Of a stretch of DNA of 64,000 nucleotides, positions 44,553 through 60,499 are shown piece by piece; positions within the stretch are counted from its first letter, which is position 1; every line of letters begins with the position of its first letter. The notes beneath the pieces are model-generated. The model did not search any database and had not been told where the DNA came from. It worked only from the letters and a program-made list of their open reading frames with translations. This DNA is from the human T2T-CHM13v2.0 reference genome, Homo sapiens: assembly GCF_009914755.1 (NCBI RefSeq), contig NC_060929.1; one strand, 5' to 3'. Position numbers and translations under genes: made by a program.

Positions 44553-45847
44553 ATTTTTGTTTTATCCAAAATATTGGAGCTTTAAGTGCTTGATTTTTAC
44601 TGGAACGTCTCTTTTAATTCTTACAGCAATATCCTATGTAAAGGAAGTTAATAAATACTCAACAGTGTCTCTAGGGAGTACTTCTCATTCAGAATCTTAG
44701 TTGGCTGCCAGTTACAGACTTCACAGAGTTTCATTTTCATTGGAAAGATTCTATTTGAGCACATTATAACAAGAACAAAGCTAATTAAGGCACTCTCTGA
44801 GTAAAACTTGGCCAAGTTTATATCACCATTTTCTAAAATTCCCTTTGACTCAGCTGTTCATAATTATATTAAGCTAAAAACCTTTGTTTTTATAAAAGAA
44901 GAAACAGTTTTCTCATGATACAGTAGACAGTTTTAAAAGCTAAATGGAAGCTTAACGTAATTCAGCAAATATGTTTTCTAATATAAATTTTTTTTGAGGC
45001 AGGGTCTCACTCTGTCACCCAAGCTGGAAAATATGCATATTATTTTGACAACCATTGCCTCTAATTATAGCTAATACTTAAGTGGTTAGAAAAAAAAGTC
45101 ATAGTTTTATGTAGTAACACTATGTTATATAAAAGGCATTTCTGAATTAAAAGCCACTATAATTCTAATCTTTATATGTATTTCTTTTATCCTAAGATGT
45201 TACTCCAGACTTTTCCCCATCATTTAAGGTAATCATGGAGTACACTATAGATTGTCATTTTTTTCCATTCCAGATCTTAATAAGTAATAGGAAATAGAAA
45301 ACATTCCTTTTCCTGTATGGATTAATGCATTAATTAATGTTAAGTGGACTTTTATGTGCATGTTATAATTAATTGGAATATTTTCTAAAGCAACATAGTA
45401 CCTTTATATAAGATTATTCCTTTTTAAAATGAACCAAAAACAATAAATCACAAAAGGCAGGAGGGAATAGAATCCTATCATTCCCACTTCAGCTTCTGAC
45501 GAGCTACCTAAAACCTTAACCATTTTTTTGTATGGGCCTACCAGATAATGTTTTCTGAGATTTATTTGAATTGCTTATTATAACTAGATATAGGTAGCTA
45601 AATAGAGATTGTATCAAATGAAGCTATTTTATGGTCTTCTGCCTTCATGGTCTATTTTAATACAAAAGGAAATTTTGAAAATATTCCCTGGTAGTGGATT
45701 ATTTATTCCTTAAATGCATGAACTATTGACTGCAGGATTGTTACTGTAGTTGCAAACTAAGAATATTAACATTTCTTATCAGCTACATATGACAGAAGAA
45801 GTTTGCTATCACAGCAAAATTTAAACTTTTTTTTGTTTCCTTTGAAG

Positions 45848-46001
45848 GTTAAGGAAATACTTGCTGATTATGATCCCAATTTTATGGCCATGAGTCTTGA
45901 TGAAGCCTACTTGAATATAACAAAGCACTTAGAAGAAAGACAAAATTGGCCTGAGGATAAAAGAAGGTATTTCATCAAAATGGGAAGCTCTGTAGAAAAT
46001 G
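45848..46001 (+). CDS. POLK: POLK exon 6, aa 181-231 with SLDEAYL (D198/E199)
   Basis: Catalytic motif; tttgaag| acceptor and ATG|gtaagc donor, 154 nt. Confidence 0.98.
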
Positions 46002-47205
46002 GTAAGCAACTTATTAAGACTATCAAACCAAGAAGCAGTGAAAAAAAAAAACCCACAACTCTTTGAATTAATCCAATTAATTTATTAGCCTGCATAGGTA
46101 GAAGGGATAGATATGTACCTTTATAAAAATGTAAAATCAGAAAATTTTAAAAATACCAGTGGGTTTTCTGAGTTAAACATGTGGAATATCACATATAAAC
46201 AAAATGTGATTGTTAAATCTCTGAGCTTAAGAGTCTGCAGAGTCCCTGAACAAAGTAATTTTATAGCAGTTATTTTCCTAAGGTCTAACTAACAAAGAGT
46301 TTGGATGGCATTGAAGCTGAGGAAGTTGTCTGTTTAAAGCGGCCTTTTCTTGTTGTTAGAAAAGACTAGCCTCAAACATATCAAAACATTGGATGATTCT
46401 ATTTTTCTTCATTTTCCTAATTTTCTATAATCTAATTATTATAGCAATTATGACTGTTTTTAGCTCTGCCAAAATTAATGACTTCCCACTCCCTTCTTTG
46501 CCTTAGACTTTATAATTTCAAGACTCCAGGGTTTTTTTAAAAAAATAATCCCTTTATGACCTATCCAAAAGCAATGCCAAGAAACATGCAGATATTACAC
46601 ATACTGCTTTCAACATTTTGTCAAAGGTATGATTATGTCTGAGATGTCCTGGACCCCTGAACAAAGTTCACCTGGATGAAAAAGTGACACAGAAGGGTTT
46701 GCTCACAACCCACAGGAACATTTCATGTGCACCACTCATTGCTTCAGACGGGCCAGGCAGTGCTGGGGAGACCTGTTTGTAACTTTCCCTGAAGCAAAAA
46801 TGGTAGATCCACAATGACATTAATCTAACTCTCTCACATTATTTGTGACTCACATCATTTGATGCAAGTTTAATATGGGCATCAAATACAACTTCATTAC
46901 CTTATTTAAAGTGCTAAGGGATAGCTCTCTCTTTTTTTTTATAGGAGCATTAAACAATAATCATCATTTCTCGACACAGGCACAGAGCAAAAGGTTTTCC
47001 TTATTTGGTGTAACTTTATTGTTTGAGGATGTGGAACATAAAGCCTGATGTCACTTTGTATAAAATCTTACTTTATTAATTCCTTACTTTCACAAGAGAA
47101 TGGGGGAAAATCATTAAATAATTATGTCAAAGCATCCCCTGAGGGCCTCCCATAACAATTACTTGCATGATGTGTTTTAAAAGCTTTACATTGGGATTAA
47201 AGTAA

Positions 47206-47524
<319 letters not shown>

Positions 47525-48423
47525 TACTAATGTTCTTTTCATTTATTATAATGTCCAAACTCACTATGAATATGTGAATTTTTAATATCTATTGCTTTTA
47601 ACATATTTACTTGTATATTGCCCTCTTCGTGTATTTTCATATTCTTAAACAATTGGAATAGTTAAACTTTTCTTCTCATGTGTAAATACCTGTGGGCTGG
47701 ACTTTCAGGCGTGTCTCACCTCACATCATGCCATGGGAAATTGTCAATAGTGCATTGGAACTGTGGAAGGCAATTGATATATCTTCCTCTAAAGTCCAAG
47801 ACATTGTTTTGCTGTTTCCCCATTTTCTAAAAGGTGTTTGTCTTTGGAAATATATTGCTAACTACCATCTCTACATACAAATAAAATAATAATTTTTTAA
47901 ATGTTTACTCTCCCATGTAAATCTGGATGGTGAGTGCCAGATAATATAAGAAACTGAAATACCATACACTTTTTAGCACTTGTCTTCCAAATGAAATGCT
48001 TTAATCCTAGTGTTACATTCTGATTACCTTAGTTATGGGGATTATAAAGATGTTTCTGTCACAAAGCAAATAAGAAACTACTTCAGCTCTTAGTTACACA
48101 GCCAGGCCTCACAAAAAAGTAGAAAGTAGTTCAGATTGAAAAGGTACCTGAACATTCTGCAGCAGCTCTGATAATGTGTGAGAAGGCAGCATTCTTCACT
48201 TCCTGCTGTATAGTTCTGCTCTCACAGTGGCTCACCTGAGGGCAGGGTGGTAGAGGCATGAGGTACAAAACATGGCATAAAAAACTCTGCAGAACGGGTT
48301 TATGAATGTGGCAGATAACTTACTTGGTTTGCAGTTTTTCTGTAGCTTTCTTTACCGTGACTTCTACCCATCCAGATGGGGAAAAGGGCTCCAGGTAGAT
48401 ACCATTTCAATTGTTTCACAGTC

Positions 48424-48753
<330 letters not shown>

Positions 48754-48832
48754 TAAAACCAGCATATTAAAAAATGACAGGAACTGAAGCACATAAATAT
48801 CAGCTAATGTAAGTTTGAAAATAAGGCTTATT

Positions 48833-49060
48833 GGCGAGGCAAGGTGGTTCACATTTATAATCCTAGCACTTTAGGAGGCTGAGGTGGGAGGATCAGTTGA
48901 GGCCAGGAGTTTGAGACCACCCTGGGCAAGATTGTGAAACCCTATATTTACCAAAAAATTATAAAATTAGCTAAGCGTGATGGCTCGCGCCTGTAGTCCT
49001 AGCTATACTCCAGCCTGGGCAAGAGGGAGACCCTGTCTTAAAAAAAAAAAAAAAAAAAGA
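48833..49060 (+). mobile_element. AluJ with right-arm deletion
   Basis: gaaaataag(g)cttattg TSD. Confidence 0.88.
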
Positions 49061-50276
49061 GAGAAAGAAAATAAGCTTATTGTGTATGTGCCCTGGGAAT
49101 TCAGATTTGGAAAACATCTGACTGAATTAACATCTATGACTTACTTCACACTACATATTTTAAATTTTTAAATTAATCAGATGTCTGTCATATTTATTTT
49201 ATATTATCTTTAAAATTTTTTCCTAAACAGCCAAATACATTTTTCAAGTAATATACATTCGTATGCATCTTAAAACTAGAAATTTAATTTTTTCTTCTGT
49301 ATTGACCTTAATTTGGAAAATATTTATATGTAATAAAATTACGAGATGGGATCAGAAAGCTTTGTTGCTAACCTTGGTTGTTATAAATACATTTAAATTG
49401 TATTTCTTCTACATTAAGCCAAGAAAACAGGCTTTAATAGATTTGTTCATGGAGACATTTTTAGTATCAGTATAGATTTAAGAATATTTTACAGTCCATT
49501 TATGAAAAATATAAATATAAAGAGGCAATAACCAGACTGGTATTTTTACTTTACTTTGTAATAATAGTTTATAGCCTATTAATAATAACGTCTCTTTTTC
49601 TTAAACTTGGATTATCCAATCAGACCTTCAGAATTTGTATATTCAAAGAAGCATAACTTTCACAGGTAATTTCTATTTATTACAAATGTGCCCTTAGTCA
49701 AAGTGATACTTTATAAACAAGCAAATCAAAATTAAAATCAGCATTTGAAAGAAGAAAATTCAGATTATTTTAACATCTAAAAGGTTTCTTCCATAAATGA
49801 AGAAAAGTTAAGTGTTTTTCCTTCTAAAAACAAAACTTATTTTCAGTATAATTATTATATATTGTTTATTATATTCTAAATTCTAATTTTCGAAGATTCT
49901 TTTTCTTCCTAAAGAAGAATAAAGAAAAGATTTCCTTTTTTTTTTTTTAAGAAAAAGGTAATGTGAACTGAAACCTAATTCTGAATTTCAATTAATTTAG
50001 GTACGAACATTAGTGAGTTTTACATAAGATATTTCCTTTTAATATTTATACTGTGGAAATGGATAATAGTCTTTTTAAGAAAAATTCATAATCAGTGTTC
50101 TCTTTAATGGTTATAAAACATTAAATGATAAATGATGGCATTTCTGATCTTGGATCCTAGAAACTAAACTAAACTAGATTTTTGTTTTTGTCTTCAGAAA
50201 TAATGTAGGGAAACCTAACTTATGAAGTATATACTTCTTAAAATAAAGGTGAGTTATTTTCCTGTTTATGACTTAG

Positions 50277-50516
50277 ATAATCCAGGAAAGGAAGTTAATA
50301 AACTGAGTGAGCATGAACGATCCATCTCTCCACTACTTTTTGAAGAGAGTCCTTCTGATGTGCAGCCCCCAGGAGATCCTTTCCAAGTGAACTTTGAAGA
50401 ACAAAACAATCCTCAAATACTCCAAAACTCAGTTGTTTTTGGAACATCAGCCCAGGAAGTGGTAAAGGAAATTCGTTTCAGAATTGAGCAGAAAACAACA
50501 CTGACAGCCAGTGCAG
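50277..50516 (+). CDS. POLK: POLK exon 7, aa 232-311 (linker insert and EIRFRIEQKTTLTASA)
   Basis: cttag| acceptor and CAG|gtattt donor, 240 nt, phase 1-1. Confidence 0.97.
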
Positions 50517-50690
50517 GTATTTAAAAGAGTATTGATGGCCACTGTAGTTATAATTTTCAGACTGGCTAATTTAAGTGTAATATTAGTAGTTTCTCATTAT
50601 AAAGTATATAGTAACATTTTACTTACTTAGTCTTTCATTCAACTTCTAACAACTTTACCTATTCAGAATAGCTGTGAACCTAGTAAGTAA

Positions 50691-51045
<355 letters not shown>

Positions 51046-51733
51046 TCATAAATTTCATATAGCTATCTTTTTCTAGCACAAAATATATTTTTATTGGTTT
51101 TGCATGTAATAACTTGAGTATTAGTTTTTCCTTGGGAGACTTCAATCCTGTCCAAGATTACATTGCAGGAGAGAACCCAGACGGCCACAAGGTAAGAGAC
51201 AAAAGAAATACTAACTAGCAACATAGCAATCCAGAACAATCTGGTAAAAGGAAAAACAAATTTACATATGTTGATAACCCATGAGGCCATCACTGTCTCT
51301 TAACATAATAACTGTTATTCATCATGAGGACCCTGAACTATCTTGTAAAAGCCATATTGTGATTAGGTAAATCTTTTCTTTCTACACCAAAGCATGAGAA
51401 TGAATAATGCATTTTAGGAAGATCTATATAACAATTAAAATGAACTGTTTAATGAATATATTTGAATATAGCTATTTCAAATTATCTTAATTAGGACTCC
51501 TAGAAATTGTGAAACATCTTTTTGAAAAATAGTAATTTGTTTTGTGAATAACATAAAAAGGATACACCATCTAATTATCATTATTTTAAATATACTGTAA
51601 CCAGAATCTTTGATTTTTTGCTTTATGTGGATAATCTACGCAAAAGACATTTTCAAAGAGTAAACATCCACCCTAAATTATATTCTGTATCTTTTCTTAG
51701 AGATAGATATAGAACCACTATAAAAACAATCTG

Positions 51734-52076
<343 letters not shown>

Positions 52077-52360
52077 TTAATATTGCTTAGCTCAGAAATT
52101 ACTCTTACATTTTAAAATGTCATGGAGAATTAAATATTTCTCATTTTTGCTGCCACAATGACTGTAACTAGTACAATTTATTTTCCTAAAACCATAGCAA
52201 ACCCTGGGGAGATAGATGGTAATCAAATGTTATTTTTAAAGTAGCATTATATATCATTTGAGATTTTTTGCAATTAACTTTTTTTTTCTGTTTTGTTATT
52301 GCATATTTAAAAGTCATACATATCAACTTCTTTGAGTCATCAGAGTATTCTTCTTTTAAG

Positions 52361-52485
52361 GCATTGCCCCAAATACAATGTTAGCAAAAGTATGCAGTGA
52401 TAAGAATAAACCAAATGGACAATACCAAATTCTTCCCAATAGACAAGCTGTGATGGACTTCATCAAGGATTTACCCATTAGAAAG
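52361..52485 (+). CDS. POLK: POLK exon 8, aa 312-353 GIAPNTMLAKVCSDKNKPNG...LPIRK
   Basis: DinB motif; ttttaag| acceptor and AAG|gtaaga donor, 125 nt. Confidence 0.98.
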
Positions 52486-53465
52486 GTAAGATTTTTACAT
52501 AAAGTTTATTTATATATGTACTCTGAATTCTGAAGAGATACTGTGTAGGCCAATAGTTAATCATTCTTTGCTTAAAAGTTTTAAAATAATAGATAAAAGC
52601 AAGAACTATAATGGATGATTGAATTTGGACTTGAAGAAACCTTTCTATGAAACCATAAAAGTGAGATTTAGCTTATTTGCTATAAACTTTTAAGAAAGTA
52701 ATAATCAGATTTTTAAGTGAACTACTGCCAAGGAGAAGGGAAATTAAAAGAATATTTCTAACAGTCCTTTCATCTGTAACTTAGTGCTATCTTAGTTCTA
52801 AAGTCCAGATTGCTACTAGATTAATGGGCATGATGCTTCAAAGAGATTTAGAATTTTAATTGTTTTTGACAGAGAATAAACCAAAATATTTTGCCATTTT
52901 TAAAATGGTAAAATTATCCCTCAGGGGTTCCAGAAAGTGTATACTTTATTATTTTTTAGAGCTTCTAGATTTTTCTGCATATATACACTATTTTTTCAGT
53001 AATTGCACTATGCACTACTGTATATGATGTTCTAGGACTTGCTTTTCTCATTCAACATAATGTACATGAATGAATTTAAATATTTTTCAATGCTCAGTAT
53101 GTAATATGTAATGATTACTGACTAGTATATGTGAGGAGTAGCTGCAAAGCAGTGTTTTCCAATATGTTTTTCAAGTATGGATAGATATTCCCTTTAAAAA
53201 GGTTCTGGGGTCAGATACCTTTGGAATGTACCATTGATGTGTCACTATGCATATTAATATATTAAAAATTCATAAATCTTGGAATAAAAAGTTTCACTTA
53301 AATTTGTCAATCCCACCATTCCCCAAGTTTATATGACAACAGCACTCCTTTTTTAATGCCTTTTGAAATTCCATGAAACGCTAGTTTAGTAAATGTGGTC
53401 AAAAAGTAATTAAAGCAGTTTTCTTGCATGACTTGTGAAGATAGTCACATTATTCATACCTTTTA

Positions 53466-53771
<306 letters not shown>

Positions 53772-53827
53772 TCAATTTTTAGCTTCACTTTAAAATCTAT
53801 TAATAATAAATATTGATTCTTTTCTAG

Positions 53828-53994
53828 GTTTCTGGAATAGGAAAAGTTACAGAGAAAATGTTAAAGGCCCTTGGAATTATTACATGTACAGAACTTTACC
53901 AACAGAGGGCATTGCTTTCTCTCCTTTTCTCTGAAACATCTTGGCATTATTTCCTTCATATCTCCTTGGGTCTAGGTTCAACACACCTGACGAG
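53828..53994 (+). CDS. POLK: POLK exon 9, aa 354-409 VSGIGKVTEKML... (thumb, HhH)
   Basis: ttctag| acceptor and GAG|gtatct donor, 167 nt. Confidence 0.97.
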
Positions 53995-54399
53995 GTATCT
54001 ATATGTATTGTCATTCTGCTTTTTCTTCAGCATTTGCTGCAATATCAGTTTTAACCATTGAGATGAGGCTATATGGATAACATGTTTTAAAATTCTTTCA
54101 GGCTAGTTTAATTCAAAATATAATGTTTGAATTAGAGTCAACAGATTGGATGTAGGAGGAAAGAAAAGAAGAATAAAGAATCACTCCTAGGTTGTGGTGT
54201 CAGCAGTTGTGTAGAGAGACAAGAGGAATGATAGTTTCTTTTTTATCCCTACCTTGTTCTTTGTTCAGAACCTAAGAGAAATGCCAGTAGTCAGGTTGTT
54301 GTGGAAAGAAAGATGGCCGTATTCCATAATTCACCCTTTAAGGAAGGAGATGTAATGATTCTTCGAAAGCCTTAAACTACATTTCTTTTCTTTTCCGGA

Positions 54400-54680
54400 T
54401 TCATTCATTCAGTACTGACTACTTTACTTTGTGTTAGGCACTATTCTAGGCACTGTAGATAACAGCAGCGAATAGGACAAATTCCTGCCCTCATGGAGTT
54501 TACAGACTAGTGTGAGAGATAGAAAATAACCAAATAAACAAATGAAGAAAGTAAAGCAGAGTGAGGGTATAGAAAATGACTGGGGGGTAAGTGTGAGGGT
54601 TAGCAACCATCATCCAAAGGCGGAGAGACCTGAGGGAGCCAGCCATGCAAAGGCTGGAAGAGGGAACAGGTGGAGGAAAT
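54400..54680 (-). mobile_element. L2 3' end
   Basis: ttcattcattca...ctaggcactg...cctgccctcatggag. Confidence 0.75.
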
Positions 54681-56093
54681 ACCCTGGGTTTTCTTCCCTG
54701 CCACTCTTTCATCTAGGTCTTAAAAAGAGGAACCCTAGAGGTAGAAGGTAAATTGTTGTGGGATAGTAGGTGAAAAGAAGGAAATTTTAAAAGACTGGGA
54801 ATCGTGGAAGTCAACTCTGGGCACTATTTTTACAATTTTGTCATCACCTTGTCAGCCTGTCCTCAAAATGACTCCTTTATATTCTTGTATTTAAACTAAA
54901 GGACAACAATAGAAATCAATGAGGATGCATATAAAATTGATGGACTAATTAAGCCTACTAAATTTTACAGAGATTGCAAGGCTTGTTGTGTTGCTTTTCT
55001 CATCTCTTCCTGCTCTTCAATCTTTTGAGTCCACAGTTAGCTGACTTTGATCTTCAGTGGGCATAATGAAAGATGAAGATATCACAGCACTATAAATAAT
55101 TATATTTGAAGATAGCAGGAAATAAAACTTTATTTTTAATCCAAAAATTTTTTTATTTCCATAGTGCTTGAAAACAATATAGTTCTGATGTAACATAACA
55201 TATATTAACTTGTGGTATTTAGAGATCCAGGTAAGGCTTTTACATGCAATTCATAGGTAATTTATAATAACAAATACCAAACCTGCCTTTCCCTCTGTCC
55301 ATATTCTCTATTCCCCTATTCTGCTTTGCTTTTTAATCTGAGTACTTCTCCCATTCTAATCCATTCCATATTTACTACTATATTTGTTATCTGTCTTTCT
55401 CCAATATATAAGTTTTCTGAGGGCAAGTACTTGGTCTATTTCCTTCATTACTATATCCTCAAGTTCTAGAACAGTGCTTGAATCATAATAGGTTCACTAA
55501 ATATTTGGAAAATGAGTACTCTACATGTCATTTCAACTTTTTGGTTTTAACTAATCCTGTCAGAGCAGCTAGAATACAGCCAAACTAGGTGATTCAGATT
55601 CCCAATCTTCATCCTATAGCTGTGTACCAAATTCTGACTGAGGTTCTATTATAGAGTGGTATAAATGAATAATGAATAGGCTATGGGAGAAAGAAGTTAA
55701 TATACTAAACCAAAAACTAGATAACTGATTTTAAATTATTTAACATTTAATTATATTTTGTAACTGGAAGATATTACGCTATCACTTCCTATTTGTTTTT
55801 ATAAGTTGTGGTTTTTGATAGTCAGGTTTTTAATAGAAGCAATTTCTAATATCTACCTATTTTCAAGTTTGTTCTCTTCAATAGATATAGACTTGATTCA
55901 TAATCATATTAGCATCTTACCTACCTATGTTCTTTGGTGATTTGTTTTTAGATAAAAAACTGTTTTTCATGATGTATAAATTTTAATAAAAAATTTGAGA
56001 GCTCTAAAAGGTAATTGATAATGTTAAATCCTCTTGGTTAACTAAAAAAAACTCAGTCTTTGAAAAATAAAGACCTTTTTTTTTCATTTCAAG

Positions 56094-56126
56094 GGATGGA
56101 GAGAGGAAAAGTATGAGCGTTGAGAG
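56094..56126 (+). CDS. POLK: POLK exon 10 (33-nt microexon), RDGERKSMSVER thumb-PAD linker
   Basis: tttcaag| acceptor and GAG|gtaatg donor; phase 2-2; supplies the conserved RKSxSxERTF motif. Confidence 0.96.
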
Positions 56127-56705
56127 GTAATGTTTTATTATTTATTGTTAATTGTGCATAATTCATGTTATTTTAAACTAATATTGAATTAATTTTTAGT
56201 AAATATCACTGAAATAAGAAATCTATTTGCAAATTACTATAACAGTTTTTAGTAGTTTACACTCCCTGCAATAAATGCCTTAGTATAAGACTATTATTTT
56301 CAGTTGCTATAATCTCAAAAATTAACTTCAGCTATTTTTTAATGTTGGTTTTAATCCTACCTAGTGAAAACCAAGCATTTTAGAATTTCATATCTTAATT
56401 TCTAGCTTGTTTATAAGGACAATTGAGTATTTACTTCGGAAATTTAAGAAGTAACAATGGGAATTCTTCCTAAAATTCTTTCAACATTGGTGATTAAGCA
56501 GAAGCTTAATCAAACAGTAAAATATTACTGATAAAAGAGAGCTTAAAGATGATCTAGTTTAGTGGTTTACAATCCTGTTTGAAAACCAAATGAAATAATG
56601 ATGGAAACTTACCGTTTGGGGAAATAAGTCATTGTTTGAAACATCCCTCAATTATCTCCTCAAAGCAGCAAGTTTCCACTGAGACATTTAAGAAACACTG
56701 ACCTA

Positions 56706-57012
56706 GGGCCCGGCAAGGTGGCTCACCCCTGTAATCCCAGCATTTTGGGAGGCTGAGGTGGGCAGATCACTTGAGGCCAGGAGTTCGAGACCAGCCTGGC
56801 CAACATGGCAAAACCCTGACTCTACTAAAAATACAAAAATCAGCCCGGTGTGGTCGCTTAAACTTTAATCCCAGCTACTTGGGTGGCTGAGGCACAAGAA
56901 TTGAACCCAGGAGGTGGAGTTTGCAGTAAGCTGAGATGGCACCACTCACTCCACTCCAGCCTAGGTGACAGAGTGAGACTCTGTCTCAAAATCAAAACAA
57001 GACAAAACAAAA
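56706..57012 (+). mobile_element. AluS
   Basis: aaacactgacctag TSD. Confidence 0.93.
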
Positions 57013-57654
57013 CACTGACCTAGTACAAGATTGTGTTCATATTTCACATATATTATTTGTGGTCAGAAAAGCTGATTAACTTTTACAATACAACATAATA
57101 AATGGCTTTGATAAAAATTGCTATTTTAGGTTTTGGTCCATATGAAAGCAATCAAAGAGAGAGAGAAAAAAAAAATCCAAAAGCAAAATAGTATTGCCAT
57201 ATTTGATAAATTTCTCTGCCATTTTCTCTGCTATTGGGAAAACTATTTTATGTACAGGAATGTGTTCTCCACTTTTTTTTTCTGGAAACTTTCTCCCCTT
57301 GGCTTTCTAAAATGGGCAATATAACATCAAATTTGGTATGAAGTTGGGGGAAAGGAGGTTGCAATTTATATCACAAACTAACTAACTTCTCTAATATAGA
57401 AAGAACTCATAATCAATAAAAAGGAACAGTAAGCCAACAGAAGAAATGAACAAAGTTCTAAATAATTAACAGAAAAGGAAATACAAATGGCTCTTAAAAC
57501 AAGTGAAATTACTACCATTTTCATTTATAATTAAAGAAATACAGATTGAAAGTTCTCTCAGATACCTTTCTTTCACTAGTCAGGTTGGCAAAGATTCTAA
57601 CATACTCTATTGGCAAGACTGTAGGAGTGAAAAATGTGTAAACTTTAGAGGGAG

Positions 57655-58075
57655 TACATTAGGTTTTTTTATTGCTATTAAAACAAATTTCTACAAATTT
57701 AGTGGCTCAAAACAAAACAAATTTATTCTCTATCATTCTGAAAGTCAGCGGTTCTAAAGTTAATGTGTTGGTAGAGTTCCATTTCTTCTAGAAGCTCTGG
57801 GAGAGAGTCCATTTCTTTATGAAAAGCTTCTAGAGGCCACAGAATCTTTGGCTCATAGCCTCAGCAACTTCTTTCTCTGACTCTAACCCTCCTGCCTCCT
57901 TCTTATAAGGACCCTTGGGATTACGTTGGGCACAGCTGGACATTCCAGAGTAATCTCTGTCCGTCAGAATTTAATCACCTCTGCTAAATCCCTTTTGTCA
58001 TGTAAGATACTAGGTTCACAGATTCCAGGGATTAGGATGTGGACATCTTTAGGGACCATTATCTAGCCTACCACA
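57655..58075. mobile_element. MLT1 (MaLR) LTR within an L1ME fragment
   Basis: tattgct...aaatttagtggct...ggattaggatgtggacatct...ctaccaca. Confidence 0.8.
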
Positions 58076-58384
58076 GGGGGTAAGAAATTTCATAATATGT
58101 ATCAAAATCACAGATACACATGTACTTTGATGCCATAATTCTTTTACTAAGAATTAATTCCACAGATTTAGTCACATGTCATTTTACATATATACAGGGT
58201 TACTCACTGCATTTTTTATGATAGAAAAAAACTGTAATATCCATGAATAGAGAATTGGTTAAATTACCTTACATCATTAAATTAGAATATTATGCTGCTG
58301 TATAAAAATGAGGAAATCATTTACTCATGGGGAACTCTCACCATGATAAATTGAGAAAAGCAGGGTACTAAACAATGTATCTAA

Positions 58385-58716
<332 letters not shown>

Positions 58717-59417
58717 TGACACATTGGTTGCCACTAGGGAAGAGAACTGAGTAGCTGAGGATAAGGTTAGAAGTAGAAAGGGGACTCTTTACTGAAGAGT
58801 CACTTGCTCAGGGTCCATACTCATCATTCTGGTCTCTTTGTATTATCCTCTTTTAAGTTAATATCACTTGTCAACTTCTTTCAACACTTTTTTGCAGATG
58901 AATTCAAAATACCTACATTTAATCTTATCAGCCTTCTATTTTCAGCTGTCTATTAAACAACTCTGCGTAGGTTCCATGAGCCAACCCCTTAAATCTACTT
59001 AAAGATGTTTCTCATCCATAAAATCCATGTGCAGTAATTGGAATGATGTTCTCATTTGGACTTTCTTAAGATAATCTTCTGTAATAAAGTCTATATATAC
59101 ATATACCCTAATCTGTTTTAAGTTCTGGAGGCATTACCATTATCTGTTGGTAATTTTAATTATCTTTTTTGTGATATAATAGAGCAAGAGCATAAAATTG
59201 TTTCTTTGCTAATCAAGCTTTCCTGTTTAGGTGGGTTTCCATTATTTATATAGATCTTAGATGTTTTTACTTAATTAAATTTTAGTTCATCTGAAAACTT
59301 TATTTTGTAATACAGAAAAATATAACTTAATGCTAGCCATATAAACATGCATACCATTTCCAAATTATCCTGGATTATAGTTTACTTTGTGCGCCAAAAT
59401 TATTCTTGTCTTTCTAG

Positions 59418-59514
59418 GACATTCAGTGAGATAAATAAAGCGGAAGAGCAATACAGCCTATGTCAAGAACTTTGCAGTGAGCTTGCTCAGGATCTACAGA
59501 AAGAAAGACTTAAG
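59418..59514 (+). CDS. POLK: POLK exon 11, aa 421-452 TFSEINK...KERLK
   Basis: ttctag| acceptor and AAG|gtgctt donor, 97 nt. Confidence 0.96.
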
Positions 59515-60114
59515 GTGCTTTATTTTGATATGGTGTCCTTAGTTTTTAAGTTTTTTAATAGTAAAATGCTACCTTAAAAGCTAGAGTTAGATTACACATT
59601 TCTTAAAGATGAATACAAATTAATAAACGTCAGAATAGTGTATTCCTATCCCCAACAGTCAGATACAAATCCAATTCTGACCCATATCTGGAGTCTGTGA
59701 TGAGGTGATTCTATGAAGAAGCACCTTATGAGAATAGAGTGGTTCAGTATAATTCAGAGGACTTTACTTCTGTACCTCAGGAGTACATTTGAATAAGTTA
59801 AAACCAAAGTTACACTGGCATTAGAGAATAAGGCAAAAGAAAGGATTTCCAGAGAATTGTATTCACATATTACAAATGTCTTTCCAATCATCCTTTAATG
59901 TTTTTCTTACTTAGACAATGACCTTCTAAAATAGGCATTTTGTTTCAAGGTTGTAGTCCAGGTTGCTTAACACAGGACAACAAAACCTATAAGGCTTTGA
60001 ACTTGCTATTTTATAATCTTCACTCACAACAATTTATATTTAGTGTATTCCCAACACTCTCAAACCAGAGGTAGAGTCAGTACAAAGCGTAATAAAAAGG
60101 TATTTTAAAATTGC

Positions 60115-60410
60115 TACACAGGTACAAATATCTGGTTTGATAGAAGAAATAAGACCTAGTGTTCAATAGATCAGTAAGGTGACTATAGTGTACAGTAATC
60201 TGTGTTACATACCAGAATAGCTAGAAGAGAATAATTTGAATGTTTCTCGCATAAAGAAAATACAAATATTTAAGGTGATAGATATCCGAAGTACACTTAT
60301 TTGATCTTTACAAAGATCAAAACTATGAGGTACATGTGATAATTTACTATGTTCATATAATGCATCAGTAAAACTATTATGCTAATCAGTAAAAAATTTG
60401 TTTTAAAAAA
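60115..60410 (+). mobile_element. L1MA 3' fragment
   Basis: L1MA-like 3'UTR; flanking aaaatt(g/a)ctaca direct repeat. Confidence 0.65.
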
Positions 60411-60499
60411 ATTACTACAAAGAGTGGAATATCTGATGAGTATCTTTCTCTATCATACCTTGAATTTAAAGAATTTTCTTTTTAAAAAATATTTAAATA

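Noticed and set aside
46700-46788. Minus-strand frame ending ...HMKCSCGL-stop, resembling cystine-knot or CART peptides
   Set aside because: Cysteine spacing does not match, there is an internal stop, and the frame is ambiguous; kept only within the general antisense-relic finding
59347-59577. ORF-track extensions around exons 6, 7, 9, 11 and 12
   Set aside because: Short intronic read-through of real exons; boundaries set by GT-AG sites and frame continuity
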